NCBI GenBank assembly: GCA_951406725.2
Contig: OX597814.1
Location: 164,548,001-164,612,000 of the forward strand
Direction of reading: 5' to 3'
DNA length: 64,000 bases
Origin: Octopus vulgaris
Lineage: Eukaryota
Part shown: positions 1 to 14,778 of the stretch, one piece after another
How the letters are laid out: each line of letters opens with the position of its first letter
Numbering within the stretch: position 1 is the stretch's first letter
Made by a program: the position numbers and the translations under genes
Notes under the pieces: generated by a model
Told to the model about the DNA's origin: nothing
What the model saw: only the letters and a program-made list of their open reading frames with translations
The model's database searches: none

Positions 1-357
1 CGATCTAAGCGACTGGCCTCTTCCCCCAAAATTTCGGGCCTTTTGCTTAGAGTAGAAAAGAATATTTTAACAAAATCTAAGGTGGCGAGCGGGCAGAATC
101 ATTAGCACGCTGGACAAAATACTTTGCGGCATTTCGCCCATCTTTACGCTCTGAGAATGCCGCCGAGGTTGATCTGCCTTTCATCCAATCGGGATCGATA
201 AAAGTTGAATACGGGTTGATGTAACTTATTCCCTCCTCAATATCTGCTGCTCTAGTGCCAAAATTTGAAACCGATATTTCAGTAAAAGCTCATAGAGATT
301 AAAACCTAACTTTGGAGAGGGAAACATGTGTTCCCAGTGTGATGTTATTATTCACCT

Positions 358-360
<3 letters not shown>

Positions 361-437
<77 letters not shown>
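361..437. repeat. (GA)n microsatellite
   Basis: Direct inspection. Confidence 0.98.
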
Positions 438-441
<4 letters not shown>

Positions 442-1567
442 TAGCTATGATTTTTGTCTGTGTGATCATCATTTTCGACCTTAGGTTGTAGTGAACCAAC
501 GCTTAGCACTTAAGAAATTCATATGAAAATCTTTGCTATTATTTTGTTATTCACAATTTGCGATTTATATTTGTTTTCGTGTCCTTTGTATTGACATTGA
601 CATTTTAATTAAATTCTAGATATACGAAATATACAGATGTTCTATATTAATTAATAGTATTGTAGTCTGGATATACAATGTCTTTTGTTTGAACACACCG
701 AAGAGTAGCAATGGTATAGTTAAGTACTTTCTGATTCATTTCCTCCATCAAATACCAGTTGTCCACGTGACCCGCCAGACTGAAGGTATAACTCCCTATC
801 TAGAGTAAAGGGTATTCTGGTCCACGAACATGGGCGAGGGTTCGAGTTCCAGTCCCAACTTCTATTTTCTCATCTACGTATTCTCCACTTATATGTATAA
901 ACTGACTAATTTCGTTTTCATTTTCAGAACCTGTTCTCTTAAATGTATTTTTTTGTTTTCCACTTTCGGATCGGTAGATGTTCACAAATTCGGCAACATA
1001 TGATAACAAAATAAAGATCATGTCTTATGATTAAATATTTATCTTTGTACTTCCTAACGCCGAATCCCACTATGTGTAACTTTACTCCGTCACTGGATCG
1101 TGTATCTCTATATTTAAATCTTATTCGTTAATGTATAATTTCTTTGTATATCATTTCTAGTTAATTTTTGGCGATAATTTGCTATGTTAGACACTGATAA
1201 GAGGAACCAATCTCCACATGGCATTAAAAAGGTATAAAAATTATAAAAAACGTTTCACGTTAATACCTAGATGAGTGCTCCGGTTGTAGAGAAATTCTGT
1301 AAAGGAATATGATATATCTATAATCATGAAGCCTCGATGTTGAGGTTACATGGTCTTTAGACGTATGCTTGATTATTCTATAGGATCTTTAATGTCTCAG
1401 CAACAGGGTCTAACAGGGCTGTAAGTACTTTGGTTGCTATGGTGGAGTTCATGTGTGGCTATTCCATCAGTCATCAGTTAAAGTTTTCAGCCGTTTGCGG
1501 TTTATGGCCAGTGTGATCCAATACAATATTCCCACTTATACAAGGAGCTATAATACATCACTTAAAT

Positions 1568-1816
1568 CAATGGTTCTAAACTTTTAATTCCTTTTTGTAA
1601 CACCTTCCTTTTAAGTAGTTGTTATGACTCGCACCCACCTAAGTGGCAAGTGCGTTACCACGACTAAAATAACTTAACGTGGATGATAATTTATAAATTT
1701 TATTCAAAATATGGATTGTATAAGTTTTAACAGTGCTGTCTGCTAATGCTTAACGCTCCCTTCGACATACCCAGTAAAGTTCTTGGGGGCGGTATCGCCC
1801 ACGTTGAGAATCTCTG
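1568..1816. mobile_element. hAT-like MITE
   Basis: Ends caatggttctaaac / gttgagaatctctg; 8-bp TSD acttaaat / acttaact. Confidence 0.6.
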
Positions 1817-2113
1817 ACTTAACTATATATGACAGTTTATTTAAGGCGGTGAGCTGGTAGAAACGTTAGCACGCCGGGCGAAATGCTCAGCAGTATATCG
1901 TCTGCCGCTATGTTCTGAGTTCAAATTCCGCCGAGGTCAACTTTGCCTTTGATCCTTTAGGGGTCGATTAAATAAGTACCAGTTACACACTGGGGTCGAT
2001 ATAATCGACTTAATCCCTTTGTCTGTCCCTGTTTGTCCTCTCAGTGTTTAGCCCCTTGTGAGTAGTAAAGAAATAGGTATTTCGTCTGCCGTTACGTTCT
2101 GAGTTCAGATTGC

Positions 2114-3001
2114 GGATCTTTTCAATTCTGAAGCCTGGACCACAGATCTTTCTACTCAACTAAATATTCTGAAACTTCGTATGCTGATAGAGTCTAGCAA
2201 AACAAGACACAGGTTGGAACTAGTTTATTTGAGAAAAATCTATTTTATGACTTTAATCGTAGATTAAAACTGCGAATTTTAACCAATCAGATTGTTTGTT
2301 TTCATGTGTAAAACTTGACTGCATTCTATTAGTGTGACGTAGAAAGCGCTTTTGTGACGTACTAACGTTCGGAAAACTGTAAACAAACACAGAACGTAAC
2401 GGCAGACGAAATACGGCTACGCATTTCGCCCGGCGTGCTAACGTTTCTGCCAGCTCTTTGCTTTTTTAATATTAAATTTCTTGCCTTTTGCACAAATAAA
2501 TACAATAAGTGAAATGAAACGCATTAGCTTAGAAACGAAATCTTGTTAGAAGCCTCGTCACTGAGATGCCACTTCTTAATAGCAAACGAAAGCAAGTACT
2601 AACAGAATGGAAACATTTTCAATTTAATACATGTGGCTTATTAACTAGTTTTAAATATTGTTATTAGAAGGTGGCTGACTATAGGATCCTGGAAACATGA
2701 GTACGTTAAATAATTAGAAGGAGATTTCACGGAGACATGCGGCTTGTTTACATTTAAGATGTTTAATACGTCACCAAATTGGTGGTCGAGACGGAGTAAA
2801 TAAAATAAAGCCGAATGATGGAATATCATTGGTTAAAATTCTAATTATTAAACAACGTTAAACTTAGAAGTTACAATTCCGTTTTCATTCTGGTTTACAA
2901 TTAAGTTTACTTTTGACACATTCTACCAGTATACGAAGTTTCAAATTGTTTGGTTCAGTAGGAAAAATTTGAAAAAACTGGCTTCAGAATTGAAAAGATC
3001 C
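2114..3001. mobile_element. Non-autonomous DNA transposon, 22-bp perfect TIRs, 8-bp TSD
   Basis: TIR GGATCTTTTCAATTCTGAAGCC at both ends; TSD CAGATTGC at 2106-2113 and 3002-3009; splits a SINE and contains a SINE piece (about 2391-2462). Confidence 0.88.
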
Positions 3002-3619
3002 CAGATTGCCGTTTCATCCTTTCGGGGTCGATAAATTAAGTACCAGTTACGAACTGGTGTTGATGTAATCGACTTGATCCCTTTATCTGTCCTTGTTTGT
3101 CCCCTCTGTGTGTAGCCCCTTCTGGGCAGTACAGGAATTATTTATGACATTTTATAATTTACGTATGTATCCAATACATGTATTCATCGTATGGTGGGGC
3201 AGGAATTGTAATCTGGTGTAAAGTGGACTTGTTTGTTTTCTTTGGTGGGGAGGAAGAGAAACGAAGTGTTTAGGGCAAAGGAAAGAAGAAAGTTGTCAGA
3301 GGGATGGGGGTAAAAGGCGGTCTCGAGAAGGCGCCGCCGTTACCATATTCTATCTGTACTATATTTTAAGTCGATCTGCTAGAATTAGTAGCCCCAAATC
3401 TCCCTCAAATTGATTCAACAAGAAATCCTTGATCTCTAATATCCCTTATACTGCCTTCTCCCAGTTCTACCCACCATCATCACCACAACCTCCATCGCCA
3501 GAGCTGCATTGTCTCTACACCACCAGCATCTCAGCCGCCACCACTGGGATCGCATTCTCTCCCTCTATGTATGCACTACCATCAAAATTTTTAACACCTT
3601 AACACTACGTCAGTACCAC

Positions 3620-3885
3620 CAGTTACACCACCGACACCACCACCACTACCACTAGCTCTACCACCAGTTCCATCACCACCGTTCCAGATTCCCACTCCAC
3701 TATCAACAGCACCAGCGTTATCGCCGCCACCACTACCATCACTAAGACGACAACGACGGTGGCCGCCGCCGCCGCCGCCACAACCACCACCGCCAGCACC
3801 ACCACCACCACCACCACCACCACCACCACCACCACCACCACCTCTACCACCAACACCACCACCAACACCAACACCACCACCACCA
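3620..3885. repeat. (CAC)n/(GCC)n compound triplet repeat
   Basis: Direct inspection. Confidence 0.9.
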
Positions 3886-4144
3886 CTTTATATATAAAAA
3901 AAAACACTGGCTTCGTTCATTGAAAGATCTCGAGCAAATGACGTCTTAAATAGAATAAATGAAATGTTTTATTCCTCATCAGATGTCCACAATCGTGTGA
4001 TTGTTTCTGAATAATTCTTCTTTGACATTTAACTGGCAAGAGAAATATTTTTATAATGTAATACCATATATGAAGCAGCATGGCTTATCACCGATAGGGA
4101 ATACGTGTGTATGTATTTACGCGCGCGTGTGTGTATGTCAGTGT

Positions 4145-4211
<67 letters not shown>

Positions 4212-5619
4212 AACACACACAAATGTATATATGTAGGTAATATATATTACATATATATAGGCATATATACGCACTCCACCATCAACAGCACATATGTATG
4301 TATGGATATATGTATACGTGTATGTATATGTATGTATATATATGTGTGTGTGTGTATATATATATGTATTATATTATATATCATATATACGTATACATAT
4401 ATATGTGCACATATATATATACACATAGGCACACACACACATACCATGCACACACACACACACACTCACACTCGCATACACATATAAGTGTTCACGTAGC
4501 CAAGTATCGGCTCATTTCCTAACATCAAGAAATGCATGTTTGTTCATTGTTCATAACGAAATTAACAAGCAAAGATGATAAAGAAACGGAAAAATAAAAA
4601 TAACTAAAAATAAAGGCGGAAAATAGCGGAAAAAGGAAAAAAAGAAAGCCAAAGAAAGACAATAGTTTCTTTACATCTAGAAAAGATTTTTCTTTCGGCT
4701 AATTTTGTGTATCTTCACTGGGAATTATTTATTTAAAGAAATCTACTTCCATTTTATAAATTAGACTCGATAATTGCCTACATTTCGACTGAGGGCACCA
4801 ATATCTTTTCCTCATTTCCTCGCGCTGTTAGACGAAGAACAAGGCTTGACACGCTAACGTCTATGTCCTCAAAGCAAAGGAATTTATCAAAATCGCGTAT
4901 AAATTCCAGAATGGTTGATATTTAGGCTCACGTGATCTTAAGCACACATCATTACTTTAATCTTTCACTTATTTAAAATCTACTGCGTGTTCTATCGGGT
5001 TCTTGTTAACGGGGCTGTAAGCCCACACCCGCCCCATCCCACATTCATCTATATAAGACGGGTTCCACACAATTTCCGTTTACTAAATTGACTCACAAAG
5101 TATTAATCAGCCCAGGGCTATAATAGGAGACTGCCCAAATTGTCTGGCATTGGGACTGAATTAAAACCCACCTACTCGCAAAGCAAACTTTTAAACTTCA
5201 TAGCTATGTTTGTGTCCCATATCAATGACTGCACTATTTAGCGTTTTCTTCCCTTTCTCTGAGACGGTTAGTGTAAGCAAAGAGAGCGTTATAACTACCT
5301 TTTCAGGCAATTTGATCGAGCAACAAATCTGCGGTTCTCTCACTGATTCTGTTTGAAAAAGTGAGTAAGTGGGCTAAAGATGAGTGTTTACAGCAGGTTA
5401 GGGGATTGGTAGAAATGATAGGGTGTCGGTAGTAGGAATTTTCAATACGTCTACTCTCCCTTATCACTGATTCATGCGGCATTGATCCGAGACAATACAG
5501 TATGCTCATTGTGAACTGAACTTCGCTTGTCACGAATTTATCGGTAAAAACACTGAACGGCGAATGCGCGCCTCAGTGACCATTCGCAAAGCTCGGGACA
5601 ACATGGTATTTCGGAAATA

Positions 5620-5850
5620 GGCGGCGAGCTGGCAGAAACGTTAGCACTCCGGGCGAAATGCTTACCAATATTTCGACTGCCGCTACGTTCTGAGTTCAAA
5701 TTCCGCCGAGGTCGACTTTGCCTTTCATCCTTTCGGGGTCGATAAATTAAGTACCAGTTACGCACTGGGGTTGATGTATTCGACTTAATCCGTTTGTCTG
5801 TCATTGTTTGACCTTTCTGTGTCTAGCCCCTTGTGGGTAGTAAAGAAATA
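5620..5850 (+). mobile_element. SINE family A (tRNA head plus Deu/Nin-like core), full monomer
   Basis: A-box-like tggcagaaacg, B-box gagttcaaattcc, core gcctttcatcctttcggggtcgataaattaagtacc; 15-bp TSD ggtatttcggaaata (5605-5619, 5851-5865). More than 20 related copies in the window (e.g. near 81, 1845, 9969, 20277, 32030, 36131, 36640, 38918, 46400, 49420, 60985). Confidence 0.9.
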
Positions 5851-6523
5851 GGTATTTCGGAAATATGTTCTATTATTAATTTACCACTGATTCATTTAGC
5901 ACGGTGTTTAGGGGAAGAAAAGCCGCGATGATAGCCCGTGATGATGTTTATATTCAAATCCTGCGGAAGTCGACTCTACATTATATATTTCCGGAGTTGA
6001 TAAAATAAATAGAAGTCAAATACTGGAGTCGGTTGAAGAAATTGTGACTTCTGCCAACTCTCTTCTCTATTTCCGTTCTGTACAGTATATAGACCCATTT
6101 TTGGATTCTTCCCGCAGCACACACTTTTAGTCTTTATTTGTTTGAGTCATTCGACTGTAGTCATGCTGGCGCATCGCCTTGAAGAGTTTACTACGGACAC
6201 TAGGACTTATGTTAAAATCTGATCTATCGGTTCCTATTTGCAAAGTTACAAAGACGTAATCAAACTAACACCGGTCGTAGATTGGTGCACTCACACACAC
6301 GCACATACAAACGTACACACACGCACACACACACACACACATACACACACACACACACACACATACACACACACACACACACACATATATACATAACGAG
6401 ATTTCACATCAAATTCACTCATAAAGTCTTGGTTGGTCCGGGAATATAGTAACAAACACAGCATTTTATTCGACGTTCTAGCGATTTTACCAAATTGCAA
6501 CCTTCTGACTATTGGGATCAATA

Positions 6524-6936
6524 AGTTCTTATTTCTTTATTGCCCACAAGGGGCTAAACATAGAGGGGAGAAACAAGGACAAACAAACGGATTAAGTCGA
6601 TTACATCAACCCCAGTGCGTAACTGGTACTTAATTTATCGACCTCGAAAGGATGAAAGGCAAAGTCGACCTCGGTGGAATTTGAACTCAGAACATAACGG
6701 CAGACGAAATACCTATTTCTATTTCTTTATTACCCACAAGGGGCTAAACACAGAGGAGACAAACAAGGACAGACACACGGATTAAGTCGATTACATCGAC
6801 CCCGGTGCATAATCGACCCCAAAAGGGTGAAAGGCAAAGTCGACCTCAGCGGAATTTGAACTCAGAACGTAGAGGCAGACGAAATACTGCTAAGCATTTC
6901 GCCCAGCGTGCTAACGTTTCTGCCAGCTCATCGCCT
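6524..6936 (-). mobile_element. SINE family A dimer
   Basis: Two head-to-tail units with a single head at the 6936 end. Confidence 0.85.
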
Positions 6937-8159
6937 TAAATAAATTCTGTCCTGGTCGAACACATCTAAGGTCAATAGCATTTAGATCGTTACCATCTCA
7001 TCTTATTTTCAGGCAGTGAACTATATTATACAATGTACCTTTTTCTTTTTATCATTATAACGATATTGTAAGGGTTGAGATACATTAAATTGCCATTTCT
7101 AGCAAGTCGAGTCTTATAGAGGTCGATAAAATAAGTACAAGTCAAATATTGAAGCTAATTTGATAGACCATAATCCTCTCCTTATATGGTTTATGTTAGA
7201 AATTATAATTATTTTTTTTGGTAGAATCGGACAGAAAAGAAAATTTGCCATTAATTGTTCCTAATTTTATTTCCTTGTCAGAACCCTTGAAGATATTTTC
7301 TAGACAACCACTAGATTTTTCTAGAAATATGAACAAGAGAAATGTTTTTTAGAGAATTTATTTTCGATCACCCACTGCTCACACACGAAAGGTAGAACAA
7401 TAGATTATACAACTGTGAAATAATACTTACATCTAAATTTAAATCAATATTAAATATGTTATCTATTTATAAAGAAAGCCAGCAAAAAAGTATATTTGGT
7501 CCTGGCTGGCGCCCCATTCAATTAATTTCTCATACTCCCTAGAAATTTGAAACTTATTTGTTGAAAGAAACACATCGTTGTTTGTAGCCTTGCGTTATAA
7601 ATTAAAGGGAGATAAATTTATTCAACTTAAGTATACATAGTTTTAATGAGTTACTTCCCTTGACAAACCGGAACCTACAATGACATCAGTTTAAATTCTT
7701 TACGGCGACAAGAAACAAGACAGCGAATTAGCAAAATCGTTAATGCGTATAAATTAGTTCCTTACGAATTTCTTCCGATTTTTATCATTCTATGTTCTAT
7801 CCAACCGAATTAGCTTTGACTTTCGCTCCTCCGACGTCGATAAAATAAAATACGAGGCAGGTACTTAGGGCGTTGTCGTCGATTTGCACCCCACACCTAC
7901 CCCTCATACCATCAAAACTGCTGAGCTTGTGCTTAAGTCAGACACAGTTATCTATTCGGATAGTTGTTCCTAATCTTATTTCACCGTGAGACCATTGTAC
8001 GATTTTCAGAACAATTGCAGCACCCATCTCTATATTTTACAGACAAATCCCGTCACCTTAAATTTAATCGAACATTAAATGAAACAAAAATAGTTTAGAA
8101 AACCGGTGCTGGTTTATTTACGTCCCGCAATTTAATGGTTCGGTAAAAAAGACCGATAT

Positions 8160-8572
8160 CTCTTTTACTTGTTTCAGTCATTTGACTACGGCCATGCTGG
8201 AGTACCGCCTTTAGTCGAGCAAATCGACCCCAGGACTTATTCTTTGTAAGCCTAGTACTTATTCTATCAGTCTCATTTGCTGAACCGCTAAGTTACGAGG
8301 ACGTAAACACACCACCATCGGTTGTCAAGCAATGTTGGGGGGGACAAACACAGACACATAAACATACACACACACACACACACACGCACACACATATATA
8401 TATATATACACATATATACGACGGGCTTCTTTCAGTTTCCATCTACCAGATCCACTCAGAAGGTTTTGGTCTGTCCGAGGCTATAGTAGAAGACACTTGC
8501 CCAAGGTGCCACGCAGTGGGAATGAACCCAGAACCATGTGGCTGGTAAGCAAGCTACTTACCACACAGCCAC
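8160..8572 (-). mobile_element. SINE family B
   Basis: Reverse complement of the 22836 copy. Confidence 0.85.
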
Positions 8573-9469
8573 GTTAAGATAAGATAAATAACGGACTTAA
8601 AAATATGTACCGGCATCGATCTCTTGGACGAAAACGCTTCAGGCGGTGCCCCAGGCTGGCTGCAGTCTGAAACAAGTAAAAGATTAGAATATAAGACAAA
8701 TTTTTATTAAATTTTATAAAATGACACCTTATCTCGCGATGCCTCTGAAATTTTATTGAGGAGCCCAGTTTGAGAAACCATGTTCTTGAAGATGCATATG
8801 TTAAGTAACCTTTGGGACATTCACTGCTGTGGGTTCAAGCAGAATCAGCCAGACTGTTAGCGTGATTTGGTCGGTATCATCGACTCCTGTACCAGATTCC
8901 TTCTGCCTTTAATAACCTGGGTCCTAGTCGTTATATGTTACTGTTGTTTAATTCTATATAACTCTACTTAAAAAAAAACAAAACAGGATTAAATGTATTC
9001 CTCCTGTGACTACATTGTTAAATATAAACTGCATTTTTAGGATGGTAAGATGCGGTTTCAGGAAGATTAGAGAGTTTTTTTCCTAGCAAATCCAATGATT
9101 ATTTAAAGATTACTATCATAGTTCACAGTCATAATCTTAAAAATGTCTTTAAAACTTTTAACAGACGATTGTTTCCAATTTAGGCACAAGACCAGCAGTT
9201 TTAAAGAGAAGAGTTAGTCGTTTTGGTGGGAGGAGGGACAATCGATACCATCGACTCTTGTACTTGACTACTGAAATGATAAAAGAGGAACCTGATCTCG
9301 GCGAGATTTGAACGCAGAACGAAATTATACATGGAAATGCTTTATCCGACTCAGTAACGATTTTCTCAAATCTGCTTGTCAATTAGCGTAGTCTGTTGTA
9401 CATTAACTTGGTGACTGTTTACTAGGTATATATACTGAGATAAATATAGTGAAGGCTATGCTTGGTTGA

Positions 9470-9775
9470 GTGGAGGCACATGGCTTAGTCGTTTGAGCAG
9501 CGAACTCGCGGTTGTGGAATCGCGGGTTCGAATCTCAGACCGGGCGATGTGTGTGTTTATGAGCGAAACACCTAAGCTCCACGCGGCTCCGGCAGAAGGC
9601 AATGGCGAACTTCTGCGGAATTTTTCGCCACAACTTTCTCTCACTCTTTCCTCCTGCATCTTGCAGCTCACCTGCGACGCACCGGCGTCCCGTCCAGGTG
9701 GGGAACCTATACGCTAAGGAAACCAGGAAACCGGCCCTTATGAGCCAGGCATGGCTCGAGAAGGAACAAAAAAAC
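9470..9775 (+). mobile_element. SINE family C (tRNA-derived)
   Basis: tggcttagtcg A-box, ggttcgaatc B-box, A-rich tail, 12-bp TSD atgcttggttga (9458-9469, 9776-9787). Confidence 0.85.
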
Positions 9776-10359
9776 ATGCTTGGTTGAAGATGGCCATAAT
9801 AAATCAGACTCAAAGTTATTTCCTGTGAAAACTGTAATATAGCTATTCGTTATTAATATTTATATTTCTAGTTAAATTCCTGAAGTAAATACTGGAATTC
9901 TTTGAGGAATTATTTCACACATGTCATAATGATACACGCTACAAATTGAACTGTGTGTTAACAACGAAGGCCGCGAGCTGGCAGAATCGTTAGCGTGCCA
10001 GGCAAAATGCTTAGCGGCATTTCATCCGTCTTCACGTTTTACAGTAAAAAAATCCGCCGAGTTCGATCTTGTGTTTCATCTTTTCGAAGTCGATAAAATA
10101 AATACCTATTAAGAACTAGTGTCAATTTAATCGACTTTCACCCCAAAAATGTTGGTCTTGTGCCAAAATTTGAAACCGTTTTCACGTTAACAATAAATAA
10201 AAAAATGAACAAGAGCATTGACTCTATTAAACGTTTCCCAAAGTTGCTTCCCTTGTTATTGAACTCTCCTTTTAGTTATTTTCAAGTTTTGCTTGCAAAT
10301 CTTTTATACTATGGCAATAAGAAAAAACAAAACATAGGAAACGTATATATATATATATG

Positions 10360-10455
<96 letters not shown>

Positions 10456-10735
10456 ATAACCATCGGTCATGAATGACTATGGGATTGCACCAAAAAATTT
10501 AACCTCCGAGGCACAAGCCCGGGCAAGGTTGTTTATGGAAGACCAGCAGTCGCACTTGCTTACCAGCCTCCACTCTACGCGCCAGGAAAGAAGCTTGCTT
10601 CTCAGCCACATGGATCCGGGTTCAGTCCCACTGTGTGGCACCTTGGGCAAATGACTTCTACTATAGTCTCGCGCCGACCAAATCCTTGTGAGTAGATTTA
10701 GCAGATGGAAACTGAAAGAAGCCCGTCGTATATAT

Positions 10736-11553
10736 ATTTTCTTAATTGTTCTCAAGGGTCGAAACATAGAGGGGACAAACAAGGACAGACAAACGGATTA
10801 AGTCGATTACATCGACCCCAGCACATAACTGGTATTTAATTTATCGACCCCGAAAGGATGAAAGGCAAAGTCGACCTCGGCGAAATTTGAACTCACAACG
10901 TAACGGTAGACGAAATACCTATTTCTTTACTACCCACAAGGGGCTAAACACAGAGAGGACAAACAAGGACAGACAAACGCATTAAGTCGGTTATATCGAC
11001 CCCAGTGCGTAACTGGTACTTAATTTATCGACCCCGAAAGGATGAAAGGCTAAGTCGACCTCTGCGGAATTTGAACTCAGAACGTAACGGCAGACGAAAT
11101 ACCGCTAAGCATTTGGCCCGGCGTGCTAACATTTCTTATTTCTTTATTGCCCACAAGGGGCTAAACATAGAGGAGACAAACAAGGACAGACAAAAGGATT
11201 AAGTCGATTGCATCGACCCCAGTGCATAACTGGTACTTATTTAATCGACCCCGAAATGATGAAAGGTAAAGTCGACCTTGGCGGAATTTGAACTCAGAAC
11301 GTAGTGGCAGATGAAATACCTATTTGTTTACTACCCACAAGGGGCTAAACATAGAGGGGACAAACAAGGACAGACAAACGGATTAAGTCGATTACATCGA
11401 CCCTAGTGCGTAACTGGTACTTAATTTATCGACCCCGAAAGGATGAAAGGCAAAGTCGAACTCGGTGGAATTTGAACTCAGAACGTAACGGCAGACGAAA
11501 TACGGCTACGCATTTCGCCCGGCGCGCTAACGTTTCTGCTACGTCACCGCCTT
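10736..11553 (-). mobile_element. SINE family A tandem array (4 units)
   Basis: Repeats of about 185-210 bp, arranged as two dimers. Confidence 0.88.
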
Positions 11554-11580
11554 AACCGAAATAACTTTCTTGCCAACCCA

Positions 11581-12318
11581 ATAAACTTAGATAAACTTAG
11601 ATATGTTTCGACCAAAGATTGGTCCAGGCCATGTCTAACTTAATAGCACCACCTGATAGGATTATTCGAATCCTGTTTAAGTCAAGTTTTGTTCAAGTAG
11701 TGAGTTCTTGTTGGGTGAGTTGTATCAAATTATGGGTGGCTTATCTGGTATTCTTTGAAGGAATCTATCCAGACTCCATTTAAAGTTGATGGGATCCTTT
11801 TCCTCTTTGATCTCCCTCGGGCCTGTTGAGGAAAAGAAATTATGTTGCAGTGTACATGTATGTTGTGATCTTGAATTGGGCAGGGGACGTATGGCCCGTG
11901 GTCCCAGTCTTCGATGAACCTTGAAGCTAATGTTAAGGTTGTTTGGGCAAAGTTGACGGTATATTCTGCACATCGTACAAATGATGTACCGCTCACGGCG
12001 ACGCTGGAGGGAGTAAAGTTTCAAGGCTTTAAGGCGATCCCAATAATCGAGAGCAGCCATGCCTTCAATTCGTTTAGTGAGTGCCCTCTGGGGTGATTCA
12101 ATCCTGGAGATGTTTTGTCTTGTATGGGGAGACCACAGTGGGCAGCAGTATTCAAGGTGTGGCCGTACAAAGGAGGAGAAAAGTGGTATGATGACACCTT
12201 GTTCTCTGGACCGGAAAGTTCTTAAGATCCAGGAACTCATCCTACGAGCTATATTGACCTTCTTGTTGATGTGTGCACTCCAACTGAGATCGTCATCAAC
12301 AATTACACCCAGGTCTCT
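11581..12318 (-). mobile_element. CR1-clade LINE 3' fragment, related subfamily
   Basis: [26 protein letters not shown]; same 3' tail caggtggtgctattaagttagacatggcc. Confidence 0.88.
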
Positions 12319-12328
12319 GATATATATA

Positions 12329-12404
<76 letters not shown>

Positions 12405-12405
<1 letters not shown>

Positions 12406-14048
12406 CTTAGAATAACTTAACTTAGAAAGGTTTTGGCCAGTATTGGCCCAGGCCATGTCTAACTTAATAGCACCACCTGGTGAAGTCTTTCAGTTCAGGA
12501 TTTGGGCACCAAGGCCCATTCGAGCAGAGAGTTATTGTTTGCGGAGACATATCCGGGTGTGGGTGGTTTGTCCGGTACTGTTTGAAGGAATTTGTCCAAA
12601 GACTTCTTGAATTTTGTGTGGTCAGTTTCTTTTTTGACGTGCCCTGGTGTAATGTTGAAGAGAGCAGGTCCAATTGAGGTGAAATAGTTGTGCCGTATTG
12701 TCGTTATGTGATGCGATTTAGATTTTTGTTGTGGACGGATGGCACGTGGTCCAAGCCTTGGATGCATTTTGAAGGTGATGCCAACATCATTCGGACAGTG
12801 CTGGTGGAATATTTTCCACATCATACAGATAACGTAGCGTTCACGGCGTCGTTGGAGTGAATACAATTTCAGCTTCTCTAGTCTACCCCAGTAGTCAAGG
12901 TCTGACATGCGATCTATCTTTTTTGTGATTGACCTTTGGGGAGCTTCAATTCTAATAATATTTTGTTTTGTGTAGGGAGACCACAGTGGACAGCAGTATT
13001 CAAGGTGGGGTCGGGCAAAAGTGGAGAAGAGAAGGATAATAGCGTGGGAATCTCTCGACTGGAAGGTTCTGAGAATCCAGGAACACATTCTGCGGGCCAT
13101 GTCAACTTTGCTGCTTATATGTGTAGCCCAGCTTATGTTGTTGTCCATTGTTACTCCCAGGTCTCTGATGTTGTTGGATGCCATGAGAATTTCTCCAGAA
13201 GGAAGAGAGTATGGGAGTTTCAGAGCGTCCTCCCTTCCAAAGTGGATCAGTTCAAATTTGTCTTCATTTAGCAACATGTTATTCTTTTCCGCCCATTGGA
13301 CAACAGCCAGTAGGTCTGACTGAAGGTTTATTCGGTCATCCACGCCATTGATGACCTTCTGGAGCTTGGAGTCATCAGCGAAGGTTCTGATGTTACTGTG
13401 TTTGATGGTATCAGTAATATCATTTATGTAGATGATGAAGAGAAGTGGGTCCAACACAGTGCCTTGTGGGACACCACTGCTGACTTTGGCTGGGCTGGAT
13501 TTGACTCCTTCGACTACAACATGTTGGGTTCTGTTAGACAGGAAGCACTTGATCCACTGCAGCAACTTTCCAGTGACACCAATATTGGACAGCTTTCTCA
13601 GAAGGATCTTATGATCAACCCTGTCAAAGGCCTTGCTGAAATCAAGGTAGATGACATCAGTGTTGGAACCTTCTCCCAAGGCTCTCAAAATGTCATCAAA
13701 ATGATGCAGTAGCTGCGTCAGGCAATCTCTCCCATTACGGAATCCATGCTGGTTGGGGTTCAGCATATTATGCCTCTCAAGGAAGTGAGTCATACGCGAT
13801 CTCAGCACCCTCTCAAATACCTTGATGATATGAGAGGTGAGTGAGATTGGACGGTAATTCACGGCAAGCGATTTGTTTCCTTTTTTGAAAACTGGGACAA
13901 CAGACTGGGATAGAAGGTCCTCTGGTATATATCCAGCATCCAGTGAGTTCCGCCACAGATTGGCTAGAGGGGGTGCAAGTTGGTTTTGACACATCTTCAA
14001 GACACAAGCAGGGAACCTATCGGGACCTACTGCTGAATTATGCTTCAT
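12405..14048 (-). mobile_element. CR1-clade LINE, 5'-truncated young copy
   Basis: Uninterrupted RT ORF followed by a short 3' UTR ending in TAAGT-type repeats and (TA)n. Confidence 0.92.
12495..14048 (-). CDS. LINE ORF2 reverse transcriptase (C-terminal 517 aa, endonuclease missing)
   Basis: [59 protein letters not shown] motifs typical of CR1/L2-group ORF2. Confidence 0.93.
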   Translation of the reverse strand: MKHNSAVGPDRFPACVLKMCQNQLAPPLANLWRNSLDAGYIPEDLLSQSVVPVFKKGNKSLAVNYRPISLTSHIIKVFERVLRSRMTHFLERHNMLNPNQHGFRNGRDCLTQLLHHFDDILRALGEGSNTDVIYLDFSKAFDRVDHKILLRKLSNIGVTGKLLQWIKCFLSNRTQHVVVEGVKSSPAKVSSGVPQGTVLDPLLFIIYINDITDTIKHSNIRTFADDSKLQKVINGVDDRINLQSDLLAVVQWAEKNNMLLNEDKFELIHFGREDALKLPYSLPSGEILMASNNIRDLGVTMDNNISWATHISSKVDMARRMCSWILRTFQSRDSHAIILLFSTFARPHLEYCCPLWSPYTKQNIIRIEAPQRSITKKIDRMSDLDYWGRLEKLKLYSLQRRRERYVICMMWKIFHQHCPNDVGITFKMHPRLGPRAIRPQQKSKSHHITTIRHNYFTSIGPALFNITPGHVKKETDHTKFKKSLDKFLQTVPDKPPTPGYVSANNNSLLEWALVPKS

Positions 14049-14105
14049 TTCTTTATTGCTGCTAAGACATCAGGAGCGCCAAATGTTACGTCCGATAAAG
14101 TGTAT

Positions 14106-14319
<214 letters not shown>

Positions 14320-14355
14320 AATTGATCAAAATAAAAACATGATGCCAAGGATTCA

Positions 14356-14435
14356 GCGCTACATATGTTTCGGGCCTTTATTAGACAGATTTATAACAAT
14401 GCATAATGTATGTCTGTGGCCTTCTTCAGCCGCGC
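14356..14435 (-). ncRNA. Hammerhead ribozyme in PLE-derived remnant between two (TA)n tracts
   Basis: Minus strand: gcgcgg-CTGAAGA-aGGCC-ACAGA...TCTGT...GGCCc-GAAA-CATATG-TA-gcgc; palindromic ACATATGT stem III; stem I register imperfect. Confidence 0.65.
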
Positions 14436-14602
14436 ACAACATCTTCCACAAGGACATATGTTACATCAAAAATTCTTGGTTGGGGATGAAAATCCTCTCA
14501 TTCGCGTACGACATAATGCGGCAACAGCATAGAATTGAAGCGTCCATCTCTTTCTTCTCTCAATGTATATGTATATATATATATATATATACATATATAT
14601 AC

Positions 14603-14687
<85 letters not shown>

Positions 14688-14690
14688 TAC

Positions 14691-14775
<85 letters not shown>

Positions 14776-14778
<3 letters not shown>

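Noticed and set aside
3623-3907. Poly-Val hydrophobic ORF (also 31538..31747)
   Set aside because: Antisense reading of (CAC)n; no splice or domain support.
9470-9545. tRNA-like sequences at SINE heads
   Set aside because: A and B boxes only, no full cloverleaf, and they continue into SINE bodies with TSDs.
11725-12456. 243-aa ORF as a gene
   Set aside because: Chance read-through from one LINE tail across a microsatellite into a second LINE fragment.
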